A stretch of 64,000 nt of DNA from Fidelibacterota bacterium (GCA_027251445.1 JAPNQO010000053.1:1-64000), one strand, 5' to 3'. Positions 9,501-21,812 are shown, numbered from the stretch's first letter. Numbers and translations: made by a program. Notes: a model not told the origin generated them from the letters alone.

Positions 9501-10312
9501 CCTACAGAAGAGAATGGTCAGAGGCTGAAGATAAATTGGAGAGAGAAGTTTTCAAACTTCGTGTAGGCGATGAATTGCAGCCTGGTATTATCAAATTAGC
9601 AAAAGTTTATGTTGCTAATAAGCGTCGAGTTAAAGTTGGTGATAAAATGGCTGGTCGGCATGGAAATAAAGGTATCGTTGCAACAATCGTACCTGAAGAA
9701 GATATGCCGTTTACTGAAGATGGTGTTCCAGTAGACATAGTTTTAAATCCTCTTGGAGTACCATCACGTATGAATTTAGGGCAGTTGTACGAGACTATGC
9801 TGGGCTGGGCTGGTGAAATCCTTGGTTTAAAGTATGAAACTCCGGCTTTTGATGGAGCAAGCCCAGATCTTGTGGAAGCTGAAATGAAAAAAGCAGGGTT
9901 GCCCATCGATGGAAAAGTTAAGTTGATAGACGGAGTTACAGGCGAATATTTTGATAACTCAGTTGCTGTCGGAGTTATATATATGATGAAACTTGCTCAT
10001 ATGGTTGATGATAAAATGCATGCTAGGTCAACGGGTCCTTATTCATTAATTACGCAACAACCCTTAGGGGGAAAAGCTCAATTTGGTGGTCAAAGATTTG
10101 GAGAAATGGAGTGTTGGGCTCTGGAGGCTTATGGAGCAGCGCATACGCTTCAAGAAATTTTAACAGTCAAATCTGATGATGTTGAAGGTAGGTCGAAGGT
10201 TTACAATTCAATTGTTCGTGGAGAAAACTTACCAGAATATGGATCTCCTGAATCTTTTAATGTCCTTATAAAAGAACTTCAGGGACTTGGCATAGACGTA
10301 GAATTAAATTAG
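6533..10312 (+). CDS. rpoB: RNA polymerase beta subunit
   Basis: DIDHLGNRR, HKRRISALGPGGL, GDKMAGRHGNKG, GGQRFGEME; TTG start after AGGAGG. Confidence 0.99.
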   Translation: MGYVHKNKLNRTSFSKIPSLVEMPDFLSLQKDSFERFLQLGAVEDEREYMGLEGVFQDVFPLEDSHRNYILEYNNYFLGLPKYSPDECIDRGVTYSVPLKVRLTLNITDEENKNEFAQSIQQDVYFGNIPSMTEKGTFVINGAERVIVSQLHRSPGVFFDEALHPNGAKLFQARIIPFRGSWLDFTTDINDALFAIIDRRRKFPVTMLLRALGFSTNKDIFNAFGCIKEISLKSKKGLDDHYGMTVVSDIIDEKTGEIFYEGGTILDENSVDVLRDNKIYDLQVIDANRDFSSMLLMNTIEKDPTRSTEEALGVVYQLIRSGEPPNLETAQKFIERQFFSPKKYDLGQVGRYRLNQQFDLDVPVDDTVLTMDDIVCVIEFLIDMRKGERGSDDIDHLGNRRVKTVGELLTNQFNVALSRMLRTIYERMNLRESESITPQDLINSRVVTTVINTFFGTSQLSQFGDQTNPLAEITHKRRISALGPGGLTRERAGFEVRDVHYTHYGRLCPIETPEGPNIGLISSLALHARINKHGFIEAPYRVLNKKGKSSFATESVNYLSADDEDRYMIAQSDSRMDKAGKLLDSSVRARIRGDFPVVDSSELEFMDVSPNQILSVAAALIPFLEHDDANRALMGSNMQRQSVPLMNPTAPIVGTGIERKVAVDSYSALTSPVDGKVAYIDSGKISIKSSDLPDDLTLSSGSNLVELPLKKYWRTNQNSSHNQRPLVKLGEKVNKGDVIADGASCNKGELALGNNVRVAFMPWRGYNFEDAIVLSERLVTDDVFTSLHINEIDLEVRDTKRGEEELTAEIPNVSEDATRELDENGIIRVGAKVQEGDILIGKVSPKGETDPTPEEKLLKAIFGEKAGEVKDSSRRADPGVQGVVLNTKLFQKRARMSRIELKKSIQELQIESRKTKEGLKESRDSKLLALLKNQISGGIRDMSNGRTLIKKSTKLTEKRLKSFDMERFAQDTKWIEDSSVWKDIKTVWRTYRREWSEAEDKLEREVFKLRVGDELQPGIIKLAKVYVANKRRVKVGDKMAGRHGNKGIVATIVPEEDMPFTEDGVPVDIVLNPLGVPSRMNLGQLYETMLGWAGEILGLKYETPAFDGASPDLVEAEMKKAGLPIDGKVKLIDGVTGEYFDNSVAVGVIYMMKLAHMVDDKMHARSTGPYSLITQQPLGGKAQFGGQRFGEMECWALEAYGAAHTLQEILTVKSDDVEGRSKVYNSIVRGENLPEYGSPESFNVLIKELQGLGIDVELN

Positions 10313-10327
10313 TTAGGAAGGTGTAAT

Positions 10328-13300
10328 TTGACATATATACAATCATCAAAAGTTGATTTATCTAAGAAGTATGAATCAATAACTATAGGCCTTGCATCTC
10401 CTGAAATGATACTAGGTAGATCGTATGGTGAGATTTTAAAACCCGAAACGATTAATTATAGATCTTATAAGCCGGAAAAAGATGGATTATTTTGTGAAAA
10501 GATTTTTGGTCCAGTTAAAGATTATGAATGTCATTGTGGAAAATATAAAGGTATTCGATATCGAGGTATAATTTGTGATAGATGTGGTGTAGAAGTTACT
10601 AGGAAGAAGGTGCGTCGTGAAAGAATGGGGCACATCACTTTGGCAGTGCCAATTGTACATATTTGGTACCTTCGTTCTATACCAAGTAAACTTGCTTATT
10701 TGACTGGTTTAAAAACAAAAGAACTAGAGCGTATAATATATTATGAAACATTCGTCGTAATTGAACCAGGAAAAAGTGGCCGTGAGTCTATGGAATTACT
10801 TGATGAGGAAGAGTACTTTGAATTAGAGAAAGAATTTGGTTTTTATGCTGTTAGCGAAGAAGAGAGAGATAACGACGACTATTTTTACGCAACTATGGGT
10901 GGTGAAGCAATAAAAGAAATGTTAGCAAGAATAAACTTGTTCGAGTTAAAAAAGAATCTGGAAGAAATTATAGATACATCAAAATCTAAGCAAAAGCGTA
11001 CAGAAGCTCTGAATAGGTTAAAGATTGCTAAAACTTTTCTACCTTCATTATCAAAGAAAAGAATTAACCAGCCAGAATGGATGGTGATTTCTGTTTTACC
11101 AGTTATACCTCCAGAGCTAAGGCCTTTGGTTCCATTAGAAGGAGGTAGATTTGCAGCTAGTGATTTAAATGATTTATATCGTAGGATAATTATTAGAAAT
11201 AATCGTTTAAAGCAGTTAATTGAGATTGGTGCTCCTGATGTTATCTTAAGAAATGAAAAAAGAATGTTGCAAGAAGCTGTAGATGCATTATTTGATAATA
11301 GTCGTAGAAAAACAGCTATTAGAAGTGGAACTAGACGGCCTTTAAAATCAATATCTGATATGTTGAGAGGTAAAACTGGTCGTTTTAGACAAAATTTACT
11401 AGGGAAAAGGGTAGATTATTCTGGACGATCTGTGATAGTTGTTGGTCCTAAATTAAGAATGAGTGAATGTGGTTTACCTAAGAATATGGCGCTTGAACTA
11501 TTTAAGCCTCACATGATTTATGAATTAATGGCCAGAGGTTACACTGAAACACCGAGAAGCGCAAAATTAATGATAGAAAAACAAGAGCAAGTAGTTTATA
11601 AAGTCCTTGAGTATGTGGTAAAAGATCACCCGGTTTTGCTTAATAGAGCTCCAACGCTCCATCGTCTAGGTATTCAGGCTTTCCAGCCTATCTTGGTTGA
11701 TGGTAAAGCTATACAGTTACACCCTCTTGTTTGTGCTGCATTTAATGCTGATTTTGATGGAGATCAAATGGCGGTTCATGTTCCTTTGAGCGCTCAATCA
11801 CAAATGGAAGCAAGGGTACTTATGCTTTCTAGTCATAATGTGCTTCATCCAGCTAATGGAAAACCAATATCTGTACCTTCTCAAGATATGGTGCTAGGTT
11901 GTTATTATTTAACTCGCCCATTAGTTGGTGCAAAAGGTGAAGGTAAATCATTTTCATCTGTAGATGAGGTGTTATTAGCTTATGAAAATAAATCTATTAG
12001 TATGCATGCTGTAATAAATGTTCGTATTGATTCTGTATGGCACAAGGAGACAACTGTTGGAAGAGTAATTTTTAATTCCATTATGCCTGAAGAGCTTGAA
12101 TTTATTGATGCAACTGTATCTAAAAATGATTTAGCGAAAATTATTAACCAATCATATCTTATTGCTGGTAATCATAAGACTGTTGATTTTCTAGATAATC
12201 TTAAGGATCTTGGTTTTAAATCTGCAACTAAAGGTGGATGTTCAATTTCAATCGGTGATGTTATGATACCTGATCAGAAAGATAACATTATTCTAGAGGC
12301 TCAGAAAAAAGTCGATGGTATAACTGAAAAATATAATCGACATATTCTTACTGATGGTGAAAGATATAATAAAGTTATAGATATTTGGACGCATGCTACT
12401 AATCAAGTTGCTGCTACTATGATGGACGAATTAAAAAATAATGGACAAGGATTTAACCCAGTATTTATGATGGCAGATTCAGGTGCTCGTGGAAGTCAAG
12501 ATCAAATCAAGCAATTAGCTGGTATGAGGGGGTTAATGGCAAAGCCAAAAAAATCTATGACTGGAGGTAAGGGTGAAATTATAGAGTCTCCAATTATCTC
12601 TAATTTTAAAGAGGGTTTGTCTGTTTTAGAGTATTTTATTTCAACGCATGGAGCTAGAAAAGGCTTAGCTGATACAGCTCTTAAAACAGCAGATGCTGGC
12701 TACCTGACAAGAAGGTTAGTAGATGTAGCTCAAGATGTGGTTATATATGAAAATGATTGCGGCACCATTAATGGCTTATTTATTTCTGACCTTAAAGAAG
12801 GTGAAGAGATTATTGAGCCTCTTTCTGATAGGATATTAGGTAGAACCATACTAGATGACTTTATTCTTGATGGAAAAAAGCTGATTAAAAGTGGGCAAAT
12901 AATAGGTGATAGAGAAGCAGATCTTATAGCAGATTCTAATATAGAAAGTTTACGGATTAGATCTGTCTTAACTTGTGATTCCCCTAGAGGTGTTTGTGCA
13001 AAATGTTATGGGTGGAACCTATCTACTCATGATATTGTGGACCTTGGTACTGCCGTTGGTATTCAGGCAGCTCAAAGCATTGGAGAGCCAGGTACGCAGT
13101 TAACATTAAGGACATTTCATATTGGAGGTACTGCCACACGGATTATTGAACAATCTGAGATGAAGACCAATAGGGCTGGTCTAGTAGAATTTTCTGAAGA
13201 TATTGAAATTGCAGATACAAAAGATGAAGGTGGATCTCTAGTGAACCGATGTATGGTAAGAAATGGTAAGCTATCTATTAAAGATAATAAGGATAATGTA

Positions 13301-14575
13301 TTGGTTCAGTATAATATTCCTTATGGGTCGAATATTTTAGTTAAAAAAGGAGAGAAAGTTAAATCTGGAACTGTTCTTTTTCAGTGGGATCCATATACTG
13401 ATGTAATACTTGCAAGGAAAACCGGTAAAATTTTGTTGAAAGATTTTGTAGAAGGAGATACGTATCAAGTTGAAGCTGTTGAGGGTGGAAAAAAACAAAT
13501 GGTAATTATCGAGGCTAAGGATAGGCGTCTTAGTCCGCATGTTGAAATAACTGATGATGAGGGTAATATTCTTGCTGGCGGGACAATTCTTCCTGTTACC
13601 GCAACTTTAGTGGTTATTAATGGTCAAAAGGTTTCTCGTGGGCAAACACTAGTAAAAATTCCTAGAGATATTGGAAAAACTCGAGATATAACTGGAGGTT
13701 TACCAAGAGTTGCAGAATTGTTTGAAGCTCGCAATCCTAGAAACCCTTCTGTTGTAAGTGAGATAGATGGTAGGGTGAAATTTGGTGAAACTAAAAGAGG
13801 TGTTAGAAATATTATCGTTGAATCAAAAGATGGAGATAAAAAGAAGTATAGGATACCCTATGGTAAGCATGTGATTGTTCATGAAAATGATAAAATTATA
13901 GCTGGTACGCAACTTTGTGAAGGTTCAACCTCTCCTATGGATATATTAAAAATTCTGGGCGCTGGAAAGGCTCGAGAATATTTAGTTAATGAAATTCAGG
14001 AAGTGTATCGATTGCAGGGAGTAAAAATTAATGATAAACATATTGAAGTTATAGTTCGTCAGATGATGCAGAAAATAAGCGTAGTTGAGTCTGGAGACAC
14101 GGATTATTTACCTAAAGATAGAATAAATAGAAGTGAGTTTTTTGCAACAAACAATAGAATTTTATCAATGGTAAGAATTACTGATCCTGGTGCGTCTGAA
14201 TATGAAAAGGACATGTTAGTAGATAAAAAAGAGTTTAACGAGAACAATAAAGATCTAAAGGAGTCAGGAAAAGATCCCGCAAAATATACAAAGACTAAGC
14301 CAGCTACTTTTGAGCCTCTGCTCATGGGAATTACGCGAGCATCATTAAATACTGATAGTTTTATTTCAGCTGCATCATTTCAAGAAACAACTAGAGTTCT
14401 TACCAATGCTGCTACTGCTGGACAAACAGACTATTTGCAGGGACTAAAAGAGAATGTTGCCGTTGGAAGATTGATTCCTGCTGGAACAGGTTTGCCAGAG
14501 CTTAGAAATATTATTGTTGGGGATAAGGAAGATAATAAAGATGATTCGGACTCAGTTAGTGCAGCGGTTAGTTAA
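10328..14575 (+). CDS. rpoC: RNA polymerase beta' subunit
   Basis: Zn finger, [24 protein letters not shown]. Confidence 0.99.
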   Translation: MTYIQSSKVDLSKKYESITIGLASPEMILGRSYGEILKPETINYRSYKPEKDGLFCEKIFGPVKDYECHCGKYKGIRYRGIICDRCGVEVTRKKVRRERMGHITLAVPIVHIWYLRSIPSKLAYLTGLKTKELERIIYYETFVVIEPGKSGRESMELLDEEEYFELEKEFGFYAVSEEERDNDDYFYATMGGEAIKEMLARINLFELKKNLEEIIDTSKSKQKRTEALNRLKIAKTFLPSLSKKRINQPEWMVISVLPVIPPELRPLVPLEGGRFAASDLNDLYRRIIIRNNRLKQLIEIGAPDVILRNEKRMLQEAVDALFDNSRRKTAIRSGTRRPLKSISDMLRGKTGRFRQNLLGKRVDYSGRSVIVVGPKLRMSECGLPKNMALELFKPHMIYELMARGYTETPRSAKLMIEKQEQVVYKVLEYVVKDHPVLLNRAPTLHRLGIQAFQPILVDGKAIQLHPLVCAAFNADFDGDQMAVHVPLSAQSQMEARVLMLSSHNVLHPANGKPISVPSQDMVLGCYYLTRPLVGAKGEGKSFSSVDEVLLAYENKSISMHAVINVRIDSVWHKETTVGRVIFNSIMPEELEFIDATVSKNDLAKIINQSYLIAGNHKTVDFLDNLKDLGFKSATKGGCSISIGDVMIPDQKDNIILEAQKKVDGITEKYNRHILTDGERYNKVIDIWTHATNQVAATMMDELKNNGQGFNPVFMMADSGARGSQDQIKQLAGMRGLMAKPKKSMTGGKGEIIESPIISNFKEGLSVLEYFISTHGARKGLADTALKTADAGYLTRRLVDVAQDVVIYENDCGTINGLFISDLKEGEEIIEPLSDRILGRTILDDFILDGKKLIKSGQIIGDREADLIADSNIESLRIRSVLTCDSPRGVCAKCYGWNLSTHDIVDLGTAVGIQAAQSIGEPGTQLTLRTFHIGGTATRIIEQSEMKTNRAGLVEFSEDIEIADTKDEGGSLVNRCMVRNGKLSIKDNKDNVLVQYNIPYGSNILVKKGEKVKSGTVLFQWDPYTDVILARKTGKILLKDFVEGDTYQVEAVEGGKKQMVIIEAKDRRLSPHVEITDDEGNILAGGTILPVTATLVVINGQKVSRGQTLVKIPRDIGKTRDITGGLPRVAELFEARNPRNPSVVSEIDGRVKFGETKRGVRNIIVESKDGDKKKYRIPYGKHVIVHENDKIIAGTQLCEGSTSPMDILKILGAGKAREYLVNEIQEVYRLQGVKINDKHIEVIVRQMMQKISVVESGDTDYLPKDRINRSEFFATNNRILSMVRITDPGASEYEKDMLVDKKEFNENNKDLKESGKDPAKYTKTKPATFEPLLMGITRASLNTDSFISAASFQETTRVLTNAATAGQTDYLQGLKENVAVGRLIPAGTGLPELRNIIVGDKEDNKDDSDSVSAAVS

Positions 14576-14598
14576 AAAATAATAGAAAAATAATATAA

Positions 14599-14627
14599 TT
14601 GATGAATACAAATAAATATAATAAATT
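14599..14627 (+). promoter_or_regulatory. Putative promoter for rpsL (str genes)
   Basis: TTGATG-17 nt-TAAATT in the rpoC-rpsL gap. Confidence 0.4.
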
Positions 14628-14649
14628 TCTTGGCTGTTGAGTAAATGAT

Positions 14650-15021
14650 ATGCCGACGATAAACCAATTAGTTAGAAAAGGCAGGAAGCGTTTAATGAAG
14701 AAAACGACGACTCCTGCCCTAAAAGGGAATCCTCAAAAACGAGGTGTATGTACTCGCGTATATACAACAACTCCTAAAAAGCCTAATTCTGCGCTTCGAA
14801 AAGTTGCCCGTGTTAGATTAACTAATGGAATGGAAGTTACTGCTTATATTCCGGGTGAAGGACATAACCTTCAAGAGCATTCAATAGTTTTAATTGAGGG
14901 TGGTCGCGTAAAAGATCTGCCAGGTGTAAGATATCATATTGTACGAGGGACATTAGATACCTCTGGTGTTCCTGATAGAACAACCAGCCGTTCTAGGTAT
15001 GGTGCAAAAAAACCAAAATAA
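14650..15021 (+). CDS. rpsL: 30S ribosomal protein S12
   Basis: [26 protein letters not shown]. Confidence 0.99.
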   Translation: MPTINQLVRKGRKRLMKKTTTPALKGNPQKRGVCTRVYTTTPKKPNSALRKVARVRLTNGMEVTAYIPGEGHNLQEHSIVLIEGGRVKDLPGVRYHIVRGTLDTSGVPDRTTSRSRYGAKKPK

Positions 15022-15043
15022 TTAATTAGTACATAAATATTAT

Positions 15044-15511
15044 ATGAGAAGAAGAAGACCAGAGAGAAGAAAAATTTTACCAGATCCTGTTTATAAAGAT
15101 CTATCTATATCAAAATTTATTAATTATTTGATGAGTGGAGGTAAAAAAGGTGTTGCTGAGAAAATATTTTATAATGCTCTAGATATTATTAAGCAAAAAA
15201 CAAAATCTGATGGTATTAAGATATTTGAGAAAGCTATTGAAAATGCTTCACCTATGGTTGAAGTTAAATCGCGTAGAATTGGTGGGGCGACATATCAAGT
15301 CCCAATTGAAGTTCCAAGAGATCGTAAATTCTTTCTTGCCTCACATTGGATAATAAATTCAGCTACTGGCCGTTCTGGAAAACCAATGTCAGAAAGATTG
15401 GCATCTGAATTTATCTCTGCATCAAATAATGAAGGTGGCGCAATTAAGAAAAAAGAAGATACGCATAGAATGGCTGAGGCGAATAAAGCTTTTGCCCACT
15501 TTAGGAATTAA
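15044..15511 (+). CDS. rpsG: 30S ribosomal protein S7
   Basis: SRRIGGATYQVP, HRMAEANKAFAH. Confidence 0.98.
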   Translation: MRRRRPERRKILPDPVYKDLSISKFINYLMSGGKKGVAEKIFYNALDIIKQKTKSDGIKIFEKAIENASPMVEVKSRRIGGATYQVPIEVPRDRKFFLASHWIINSATGRSGKPMSERLASEFISASNNEGGAIKKKEDTHRMAEANKAFAHFRN

Positions 15512-15526
15512 AAAAAAATATTAATT

Positions 15527-17617
15527 ATGTCTAAAAATAATTTAAATATCGTTAGAAATATTGGCATTATGGCTCATATTGATGCAGGTAAAACTACTTT
15601 AACTGAAAGAATACTTTTCTATACAGGGCGAACCCATAGAATTGGAGAAGTTCACGATGGTGGTGCAACGATGGATTGGATGGATCAAGAAAAAGAGAGA
15701 GGGATAACGATTACTTCTGCAGCTACAACTGCAGAGTGGAATGATCATAGGATTAATATTATCGATACGCCTGGGCATGTTGATTTTACTGTAGAAGTAG
15801 AGCGTTCTTTAAGGGTTTTAGATGGTTCAGTTGCTGTTTTTTGCGCTGTTGGAGGTGTTGAACCTCAAAGTGAGACAGTGTGGAGGCAGGCTGATAAATA
15901 TAATGTTCCTAGAATGGCCTTTGTTAATAAGATGGATAGAGTGGGTGGTGATTATTTTAATGTCCTTGAAATGATGAAAGATAGGTTGGGGGCCAATCCT
16001 CTGCCTATAGTTATTCCTATTGGCTCAGGAGAATTATTCACTGGAATTATTGATTTGTTAGATATGAAAGCAATTCTTTATAATGAATCTACTTTAGGGG
16101 CACGATTTGAATATTCAGACATACCTCATGATATGGTTGATGAAGCAAATAAATGGCGTCATCATCTAATAGAAGAAACAGCGGCATATGATGAACATTT
16201 ATTAGAAAAATATTTAGATGGTAAAGATATATCTATTGATGAACTAAAAACTGCCATAAGGAAAGGATGTATTGATAATACATTTGTTCCTACTCTTTGT
16301 GGTTCTGCATTTAAAAATAAAGGTGTTCAAAGACTTCTAGACGCAATAGTAGATTTTTTACCTTCTCCAGTTGATGTAGGTGAGGTTCTTGGTTATGATC
16401 CAAATGATAATGATATAGAACTTAAAAGGGAGCCTAATACTGATTCCCCTTTTAGCGCTCTTGCATTCAAGATAATGACAGATCCATTTGTGGGAAGATT
16501 AACTTATATGCGTGTTTATTCTGGAAGATTAGATAAAGGGTCTTATGTCTATAATTCTAATATTGGTAAAAGAGAACGTGTTAGTAGAATTTTACAAATG
16601 CATGCTAATAAAAGAGAAGAGAGAGATGCGGTAGCTGCTGGTGAGATAGTAGCTGTAGTTGGTCTTAAAAGTACAAATACTGGACATACAGTATGTGATG
16701 AAAAACACGGAATTTTGCTTGAATCAATGGATTTTCCTGAACCTGTAGTAGAAGTTTCTGTAGAGCCCGTAAGTAAAGCTGAACAAGATAATTTATCAAA
16801 AGCTCTAGCTAAACTAAGTGAAGAAGATCCAACGTTCAAGCTTTCATCAAATGAAGATACGGGACAGACAATAATTTCTGGTATGGGTGAGTTACACCTT
16901 GAAATACTTATAGATAGATTATTAAGAGAATTTAAAGTTCAAGCGCATATTGGTAAGCCTCAGGTTGCTTTTAGTGAAGCGATAACAAAAAAAGTTGAAA
17001 AAATTGATGTTAAATTTGCAAGGCAAAGTGGCGGAAGAGGGCAATATGGGCATGTTGTTATTAATGTTGAGCCTAATGACATTGGGAAAGGTTTTCATTT
17101 TGAAGATAAGATTGTGGGTGGTGTAATACCTAAAGAATATATTCCTTCTGTTAGAAAAGGAATGGAAGAAGCTATTAAAAATGGGGTCTTGGCGGGATAT
17201 CCACTTGAAGATGTCCGTGTTGAGTTAGTTTTTGGTTCATATCATGATGTAGATTCATCTGAGATGGCTTTTAAGATTGCAGGTTCTATGGCTATCCAAC
17301 AGGCATGTAAAAAAGCAAGCCCGGTATTGATGGAACCAATGATGAAGGTTGAAGTTATTGTCCCTGAAGAATATTTAGGAGATGTCATGGGTGATATTAA
17401 TTCTAGAAGAGGAAAAGTAGAAGGTATGGGTCAAAGAAAAGAAGCTCATGTTTTAAATGCTGTCGTTCCTTTAAGCAGGATGTTTGGATATGTTACTGAT
17501 TTAAGATCTTTAACTCAAGGTCGTGCGGTTTTTCATATGGAGTTTTCAAGCTATCAACGTGTCCCATCTAAAATAGAAGCAGAAATTATAGAGCAAGTAC
17601 ATGGTAAAGCTTCCTAA
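15527..17617 (+). CDS. fusA: Elongation factor G
   Basis: [27 protein letters not shown]. Confidence 0.99.
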   Translation: MSKNNLNIVRNIGIMAHIDAGKTTLTERILFYTGRTHRIGEVHDGGATMDWMDQEKERGITITSAATTAEWNDHRINIIDTPGHVDFTVEVERSLRVLDGSVAVFCAVGGVEPQSETVWRQADKYNVPRMAFVNKMDRVGGDYFNVLEMMKDRLGANPLPIVIPIGSGELFTGIIDLLDMKAILYNESTLGARFEYSDIPHDMVDEANKWRHHLIEETAAYDEHLLEKYLDGKDISIDELKTAIRKGCIDNTFVPTLCGSAFKNKGVQRLLDAIVDFLPSPVDVGEVLGYDPNDNDIELKREPNTDSPFSALAFKIMTDPFVGRLTYMRVYSGRLDKGSYVYNSNIGKRERVSRILQMHANKREERDAVAAGEIVAVVGLKSTNTGHTVCDEKHGILLESMDFPEPVVEVSVEPVSKAEQDNLSKALAKLSEEDPTFKLSSNEDTGQTIISGMGELHLEILIDRLLREFKVQAHIGKPQVAFSEAITKKVEKIDVKFARQSGGRGQYGHVVINVEPNDIGKGFHFEDKIVGGVIPKEYIPSVRKGMEEAIKNGVLAGYPLEDVRVELVFGSYHDVDSSEMAFKIAGSMAIQQACKKASPVLMEPMMKVEVIVPEEYLGDVMGDINSRRGKVEGMGQRKEAHVLNAVVPLSRMFGYVTDLRSLTQGRAVFHMEFSSYQRVPSKIEAEIIEQVHGKAS

Positions 17618-18838
17618 TTTAATTAAGGAGAATAAAGATTATGTCTAAAGCAAAATTTGAACGTACCAAACCCCATGTCAACATTGGCACAATAGGTCAT
17701 GTTGATCATGGTAAAACAACTTTAACTGCTGCGATTACGCAGACTCAGAGTGCTCGTGGTTTAAGTGAAGTACGCTCATTTGATAGTATTGATAACGCTC
17801 CTGAAGAACGTGAACGTGGTATTACTATTCAAACAGCTCATGTAGAGTATGAAACAGAGAATCGACATTATGCTCATGTTGATTGTCCTGGACACGCTGA
17901 CTATATCAAAAATATGATAACTGGAGCTGCACAAATGGATGGTGGAATATTAGTTGTAAGCGCAGCTGATGGTCCGATGCCGCAGACTCGTGAGCATGTG
18001 TTGTTAGCGCGCCAGGTTAATGTTCCAAGTATTGTAGTTTTTATGAATAAGACGGATCAAGTAGATGATCCAGAGCTAGTGGAATTAGTAGAGATGGAAT
18101 TACGTGATTTACTTAATGAATATGATTTTCCAGGTGATGATACTCCAATTGTCAAAGGAAGTGCTTTAGAGGCATTAAATAGTCCTAGCGATGAGAATGC
18201 TACAAAATGTATTACAGAGTTAATGGAAGCATGTGATTCATTTATTCCAGAGCCAAAACGTGATGTGGATCGTCCTTTCCTAATGCCTGTAGAGGATGTT
18301 TTTAGTATCACTGGTCGTGGAACGGTAGGTACAGGTCGTATTGAAAGAGGAATTATAAATGTTGGTGATGAAGTTGATATTATTGGCATGGATGCTGATA
18401 CTAAATCAGTAGTTACTGGCGTAGAGATGTTTCGTAAAATCCTTGATCAGGGACAAGCTGGAGACAACGCAGGATTGCTACTTCGAGGTGTGGATAAAGA
18501 AGATCTAAAGCGTGGACAGGTTGTAGTAAAGCCAGGCAGTATTACACCTCATACAAAATTTAAAGCTAATGTGTATGTATTAAAGAAAGATGAAGGTGGT
18601 CGTCATACTCCATTTTTTAATGGGTATCGCCCACAGTTTTATTTTCGTACAACGGATGTTACTGGTGTAGTGACATTACCTGAGGGTACAGAAATGGTAA
18701 TGCCGGGAGATAATGTCGAGATGGATGTAGATTTAATAACGAGCATAGCAATGGATAAGGAGCTACGTTTTGCAATACGTGAAGGTGGACGGACAGTTGG
18801 TGCTGGTGTAGTTACAGAAATAAAGGAATAGAATGGCT
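17615..18838 (+). repeat. Copy 2 of the 1224-bp direct repeat (tuf plus flanks)
   Basis: Matches 2168-3391. Confidence 0.9.
17641..18831 (+). CDS. tuf: Elongation factor Tu (copy 2)
   Basis: Protein identical to 2194-3384; follows fusA. Confidence 0.99.
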   Translation: MSKAKFERTKPHVNIGTIGHVDHGKTTLTAAITQTQSARGLSEVRSFDSIDNAPEERERGITIQTAHVEYETENRHYAHVDCPGHADYIKNMITGAAQMDGGILVVSAADGPMPQTREHVLLARQVNVPSIVVFMNKTDQVDDPELVELVEMELRDLLNEYDFPGDDTPIVKGSALEALNSPSDENATKCITELMEACDSFIPEPKRDVDRPFLMPVEDVFSITGRGTVGTGRIERGIINVGDEVDIIGMDADTKSVVTGVEMFRKILDQGQAGDNAGLLLRGVDKEDLKRGQVVVKPGSITPHTKFKANVYVLKKDEGGRHTPFFNGYRPQFYFRTTDVTGVVTLPEGTEMVMPGDNVEMDVDLITSIAMDKELRFAIREGGRTVGAGVVTEIKE

Positions 18839-19141
18839 CATCAGATAATAAGGATAAGTTTAAAAGCTTACGATCACTCTTTGTTAGATAAATCAACAGA
18901 AAAGATTGTTAAAACTGCTAAAGGTACCGGAGCTGTTATATCTGGACCTATACCTTTACCAACTCATAGAACAGTGTATACAGTATTGCGATCACCTTTT
19001 GTTAATAAGAAATCTAGAGAGCAGTTCCAAACTAATATTCATAAGCGTATAGTTGATATTATTAATTCGACACCTAAAACAGTTGAATCATTAATGAAGT
19101 TAGATTTGCCTGCTGGTGTAGATATAGAAATAAAAGTTTGA
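18833..19141 (+). CDS. rpsJ: 30S ribosomal protein S10
   Basis: LKAYDH, GPIPLPT, KSREQF. Confidence 0.98.
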   Translation: MAHQIIRISLKAYDHSLLDKSTEKIVKTAKGTGAVISGPIPLPTHRTVYTVLRSPFVNKKSREQFQTNIHKRIVDIINSTPKTVESLMKLDLPAGVDIEIKV

Positions 19142-19148
19142 TTGTAGA

Positions 19149-19766
19149 ATGAAAGGATTGATTGCAAAGAAAATGGGAATGTCTCAAATATTTGATGAGG
19201 ATGGTTCTGTCGTCCCAGTAACTATTCTTGAGGCTGGTCCCTGTTATATTTCTCAAATAAAAACTATAGAAAAAGATGGATATGATGCAGTTCAGATTGC
19301 TTATGGAAATAAAAAAGAAAAGAGGACTAATAAGCCTTTGCATGGTCATTTTAAAAAAGCAGGTTTGGATCCAAAAAGAATTTTAGCTGAATTTGAAATT
19401 ATACCTGGATTTAATTATAAAATGGGTCAAGAATTTAATGCCTCAATATTCAAAATTGGGGATATGGTTAAGGTAACAGGCACTTCAAAGGGTCGAGGTT
19501 TTTCTGGAGTTATGAAAAGATATGGATTTGGTGGAGGTCCAAAAACACATGGTCAAAGAGAACATCCACGTTCTGCTGGGTCTATAGGTCAGGCTTCTGA
19601 CCCTTCAAGAGTTTTTAAAGGTATGAAAATGGCTGGACAGTATGGAAATAAGAAGAAGACTGTTGAAAATTTAAAGGTTGTTAAAATAGATTCGAGTAAT
19701 AATCAAATTTTTGTAAGAGGATCTGTTCCAGGATCAAATAATGGTATTTTAGTTGTGAATAAATAA
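19149..19766 (+). CDS. rplC: 50S ribosomal protein L3
   Basis: KMGMSQIF, GTSKGRGF, RVFKGMKMAG. Confidence 0.98.
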   Translation: MKGLIAKKMGMSQIFDEDGSVVPVTILEAGPCYISQIKTIEKDGYDAVQIAYGNKKEKRTNKPLHGHFKKAGLDPKRILAEFEIIPGFNYKMGQEFNASIFKIGDMVKVTGTSKGRGFSGVMKRYGFGGGPKTHGQREHPRSAGSIGQASDPSRVFKGMKMAGQYGNKKKTVENLKVVKIDSSNNQIFVRGSVPGSNNGILVVNK

Positions 19767-19767
19767 A

Positions 19768-20394
19768 ATGGACATACAAGTTTTAGATAAAAAAGGTAAA
19801 AAGTTATCAAAGATAAAGGTTGATACTTCTGTTTTTGGTGTAACGCCAAATCAAGATGCTGTATATAGAGCAGTCCTTTCTGAAATGGCTAACAGCCGGC
19901 AAGGAACGCATTCTTCTAAATCTAGAGGAATGGTGCGTGGTGGAGGAAAAAAACCTTGGAAGCAAAAAGGAAGAGGCGTGGCTCGAGCAGGTACTAATCG
20001 CTCTCCGTTATGGCGTGGAGGTGGAATTGTATTTGGTCCAGAGCCTCACAATTATGAATATAATTTGCCAAAAAAGATCAAAAAATTAGCACGTAAATCT
20101 GTTCTATCTGCAAAGCTAAAAGATGACAAACTAGTTGTTTTAGATGATTTTGATGTCAAAGAAATAAAAACAAAGAATATTAGTAAATTATTAGAAAAAT
20201 TAAAATTAGATGGTAAAATACTTTTATTAACATCTGATATAGATGAAAATTTACTTTTATCAGTTAGAAATATTGCGAATATAGCTTTATTAAAGGCAAC
20301 TAATGCTAGTACTTATGATCTTATTGATTGTGATTATATATTAATTGATAAGAATGGTCTTGAATTATTAAATAACGGATTATCACTAAAGTAA
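19768..20394 (+). CDS. rplD: 50S ribosomal protein L4
   Basis: RQGTH, KPWKQKG, SPLWRGGG. Confidence 0.97.
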   Translation: MDIQVLDKKGKKLSKIKVDTSVFGVTPNQDAVYRAVLSEMANSRQGTHSSKSRGMVRGGGKKPWKQKGRGVARAGTNRSPLWRGGGIVFGPEPHNYEYNLPKKIKKLARKSVLSAKLKDDKLVVLDDFDVKEIKTKNISKLLEKLKLDGKILLLTSDIDENLLLSVRNIANIALLKATNASTYDLIDCDYILIDKNGLELLNNGLSLK

Positions 20395-20712
20395 ATGGAA
20401 TATAATAATACTATAATTAGACCTTTGTTCACTGAAAAAATGACTCAACTAGAGGATGTTGAAAGAAAGTATGCTTTTCAGGTTATTTCAAAGGCAAACA
20501 AAATTGATATTAAGAATGCAGTTGAAAAAAAGTTCGATGTTGAAGTTCAGAAAGTTGCAACAATGAATAGGCTAGGCAAAACAAAAGATATGACAATGAA
20601 AAGCGGTGGGCGAACGATTAGGACCTCAGGCAAAAGATCTGATTGGAAAAAAGCCATAGTTACACTTAAAGAAGGTTTTACTATAGATCTAATGAGAGGA
20701 GATGTAGCGTAA
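20395..20712 (+). CDS. rplW: 50S ribosomal protein L23
   Basis: [24 protein letters not shown]. Confidence 0.96.
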   Translation: MEYNNTIIRPLFTEKMTQLEDVERKYAFQVISKANKIDIKNAVEKKFDVEVQKVATMNRLGKTKDMTMKSGGRTIRTSGKRSDWKKAIVTLKEGFTIDLMRGDVA

Positions 20713-20716
20713 ACTT

Positions 20717-21541
20717 ATGGGTGTTAGATTAATAAAACCTACTTCTCCTGGTAATCGATTCTCTACACGTTCTGATTTTGAACAAATAACTACAGGCCAA
20801 CCAGAGAAGAAGCTTACCAGAGCTTTGAGAAAATCTGGTGGAAGAAATAATAATGGACGAATTACTGTTCGTCGTCGTGGTGGAGGACATAAAAGAAGAT
20901 ATAGAGTCATTGATTTTAAAAGAGATAAATTTGATATTCCTGCAAAAGTAGCTACAATTGAATATGACCCTAATAGGTCTGCTAATATCGCTTTGCTTTA
21001 TTATTCTGATGGAGAAAAAAGATATATATTGGCGCCTCAAGATTTACAAGTTGGAGATAAATTAGTTTCATCTTCCTCAGCAGAATTAAAAGTTGGTAAT
21101 GCGTTGTGTCTTAAAAATATACCTACCGGTTTGACAGTTCACAATATAGAAATGTATCCTGGAAAAGGTGCTCAATTAGTTAGATCTGCAGGTACGGGTG
21201 CTCAGATTATGGCTCATGATGAAGGTTTCACCTCTATTAAGTTACCTTCTGGAGAGGTAAGATTAATTAATTCAAATTGTTATGCAGTAGTAGGTGAAGT
21301 TGGAAATAAATCACATGAGCAGATAGTTAGTGGAAAAGCAGGTAGAACTAGATGGTTGGGTCGCAGGCCAAAGGTGCGTGGTGTTGCTATGAATCCAGTT
21401 GATCATCCTATGGGCGGCGGTGAAGGCAAATCTTCAGGTGGTAGACATCCATGTACTCCTTGGGGAAAGCCTACTAAAGGCTATAAGACACGTAAGAAAA
21501 ATAAGAAGTCAAATGCTCTTATTATTAAGAGGAGAAAATAA
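20717..21541 (+). CDS. rplB: 50S ribosomal protein L2
   Basis: [28 protein letters not shown]. Confidence 0.99.
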   Translation: MGVRLIKPTSPGNRFSTRSDFEQITTGQPEKKLTRALRKSGGRNNNGRITVRRRGGGHKRRYRVIDFKRDKFDIPAKVATIEYDPNRSANIALLYYSDGEKRYILAPQDLQVGDKLVSSSSAELKVGNALCLKNIPTGLTVHNIEMYPGKGAQLVRSAGTGAQIMAHDEGFTSIKLPSGEVRLINSNCYAVVGEVGNKSHEQIVSGKAGRTRWLGRRPKVRGVAMNPVDHPMGGGEGKSSGGRHPCTPWGKPTKGYKTRKKNKKSNALIIKRRK

Positions 21542-21810
21542 TGACACGATCATTGAAAAAAGGTCCTTACGTTGATGAAAAACTTGAGAACAGACTTGTG
21601 AGTATGAGTGGATCCAAAAAAAAGAAAATTCTTAAAACCTGGTCAAGGAGATCAATTATAACTCCAAATTTTGTTGGACATACTATTGCAGTCCATAATG
21701 GTAATAAGTTTATTCCAGTTTTTGTTTCTGAAAATATGGTTGGTCATAAATTAGGCGAGTTTGCTCCTACTAGGACTTTTAGAATGCATTCAGGAGATAG
21801 AAAGACTTAA
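21541..21810 (+). CDS. rpsS: 30S ribosomal protein S19
   Basis: [24 protein letters not shown]. Confidence 0.98.
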   Translation: MTRSLKKGPYVDEKLENRLVSMSGSKKKKILKTWSRRSIITPNFVGHTIAVHNGNKFIPVFVSENMVGHKLGEFAPTRTFRMHSGDRKT

Positions 21811-21812
21811 TT

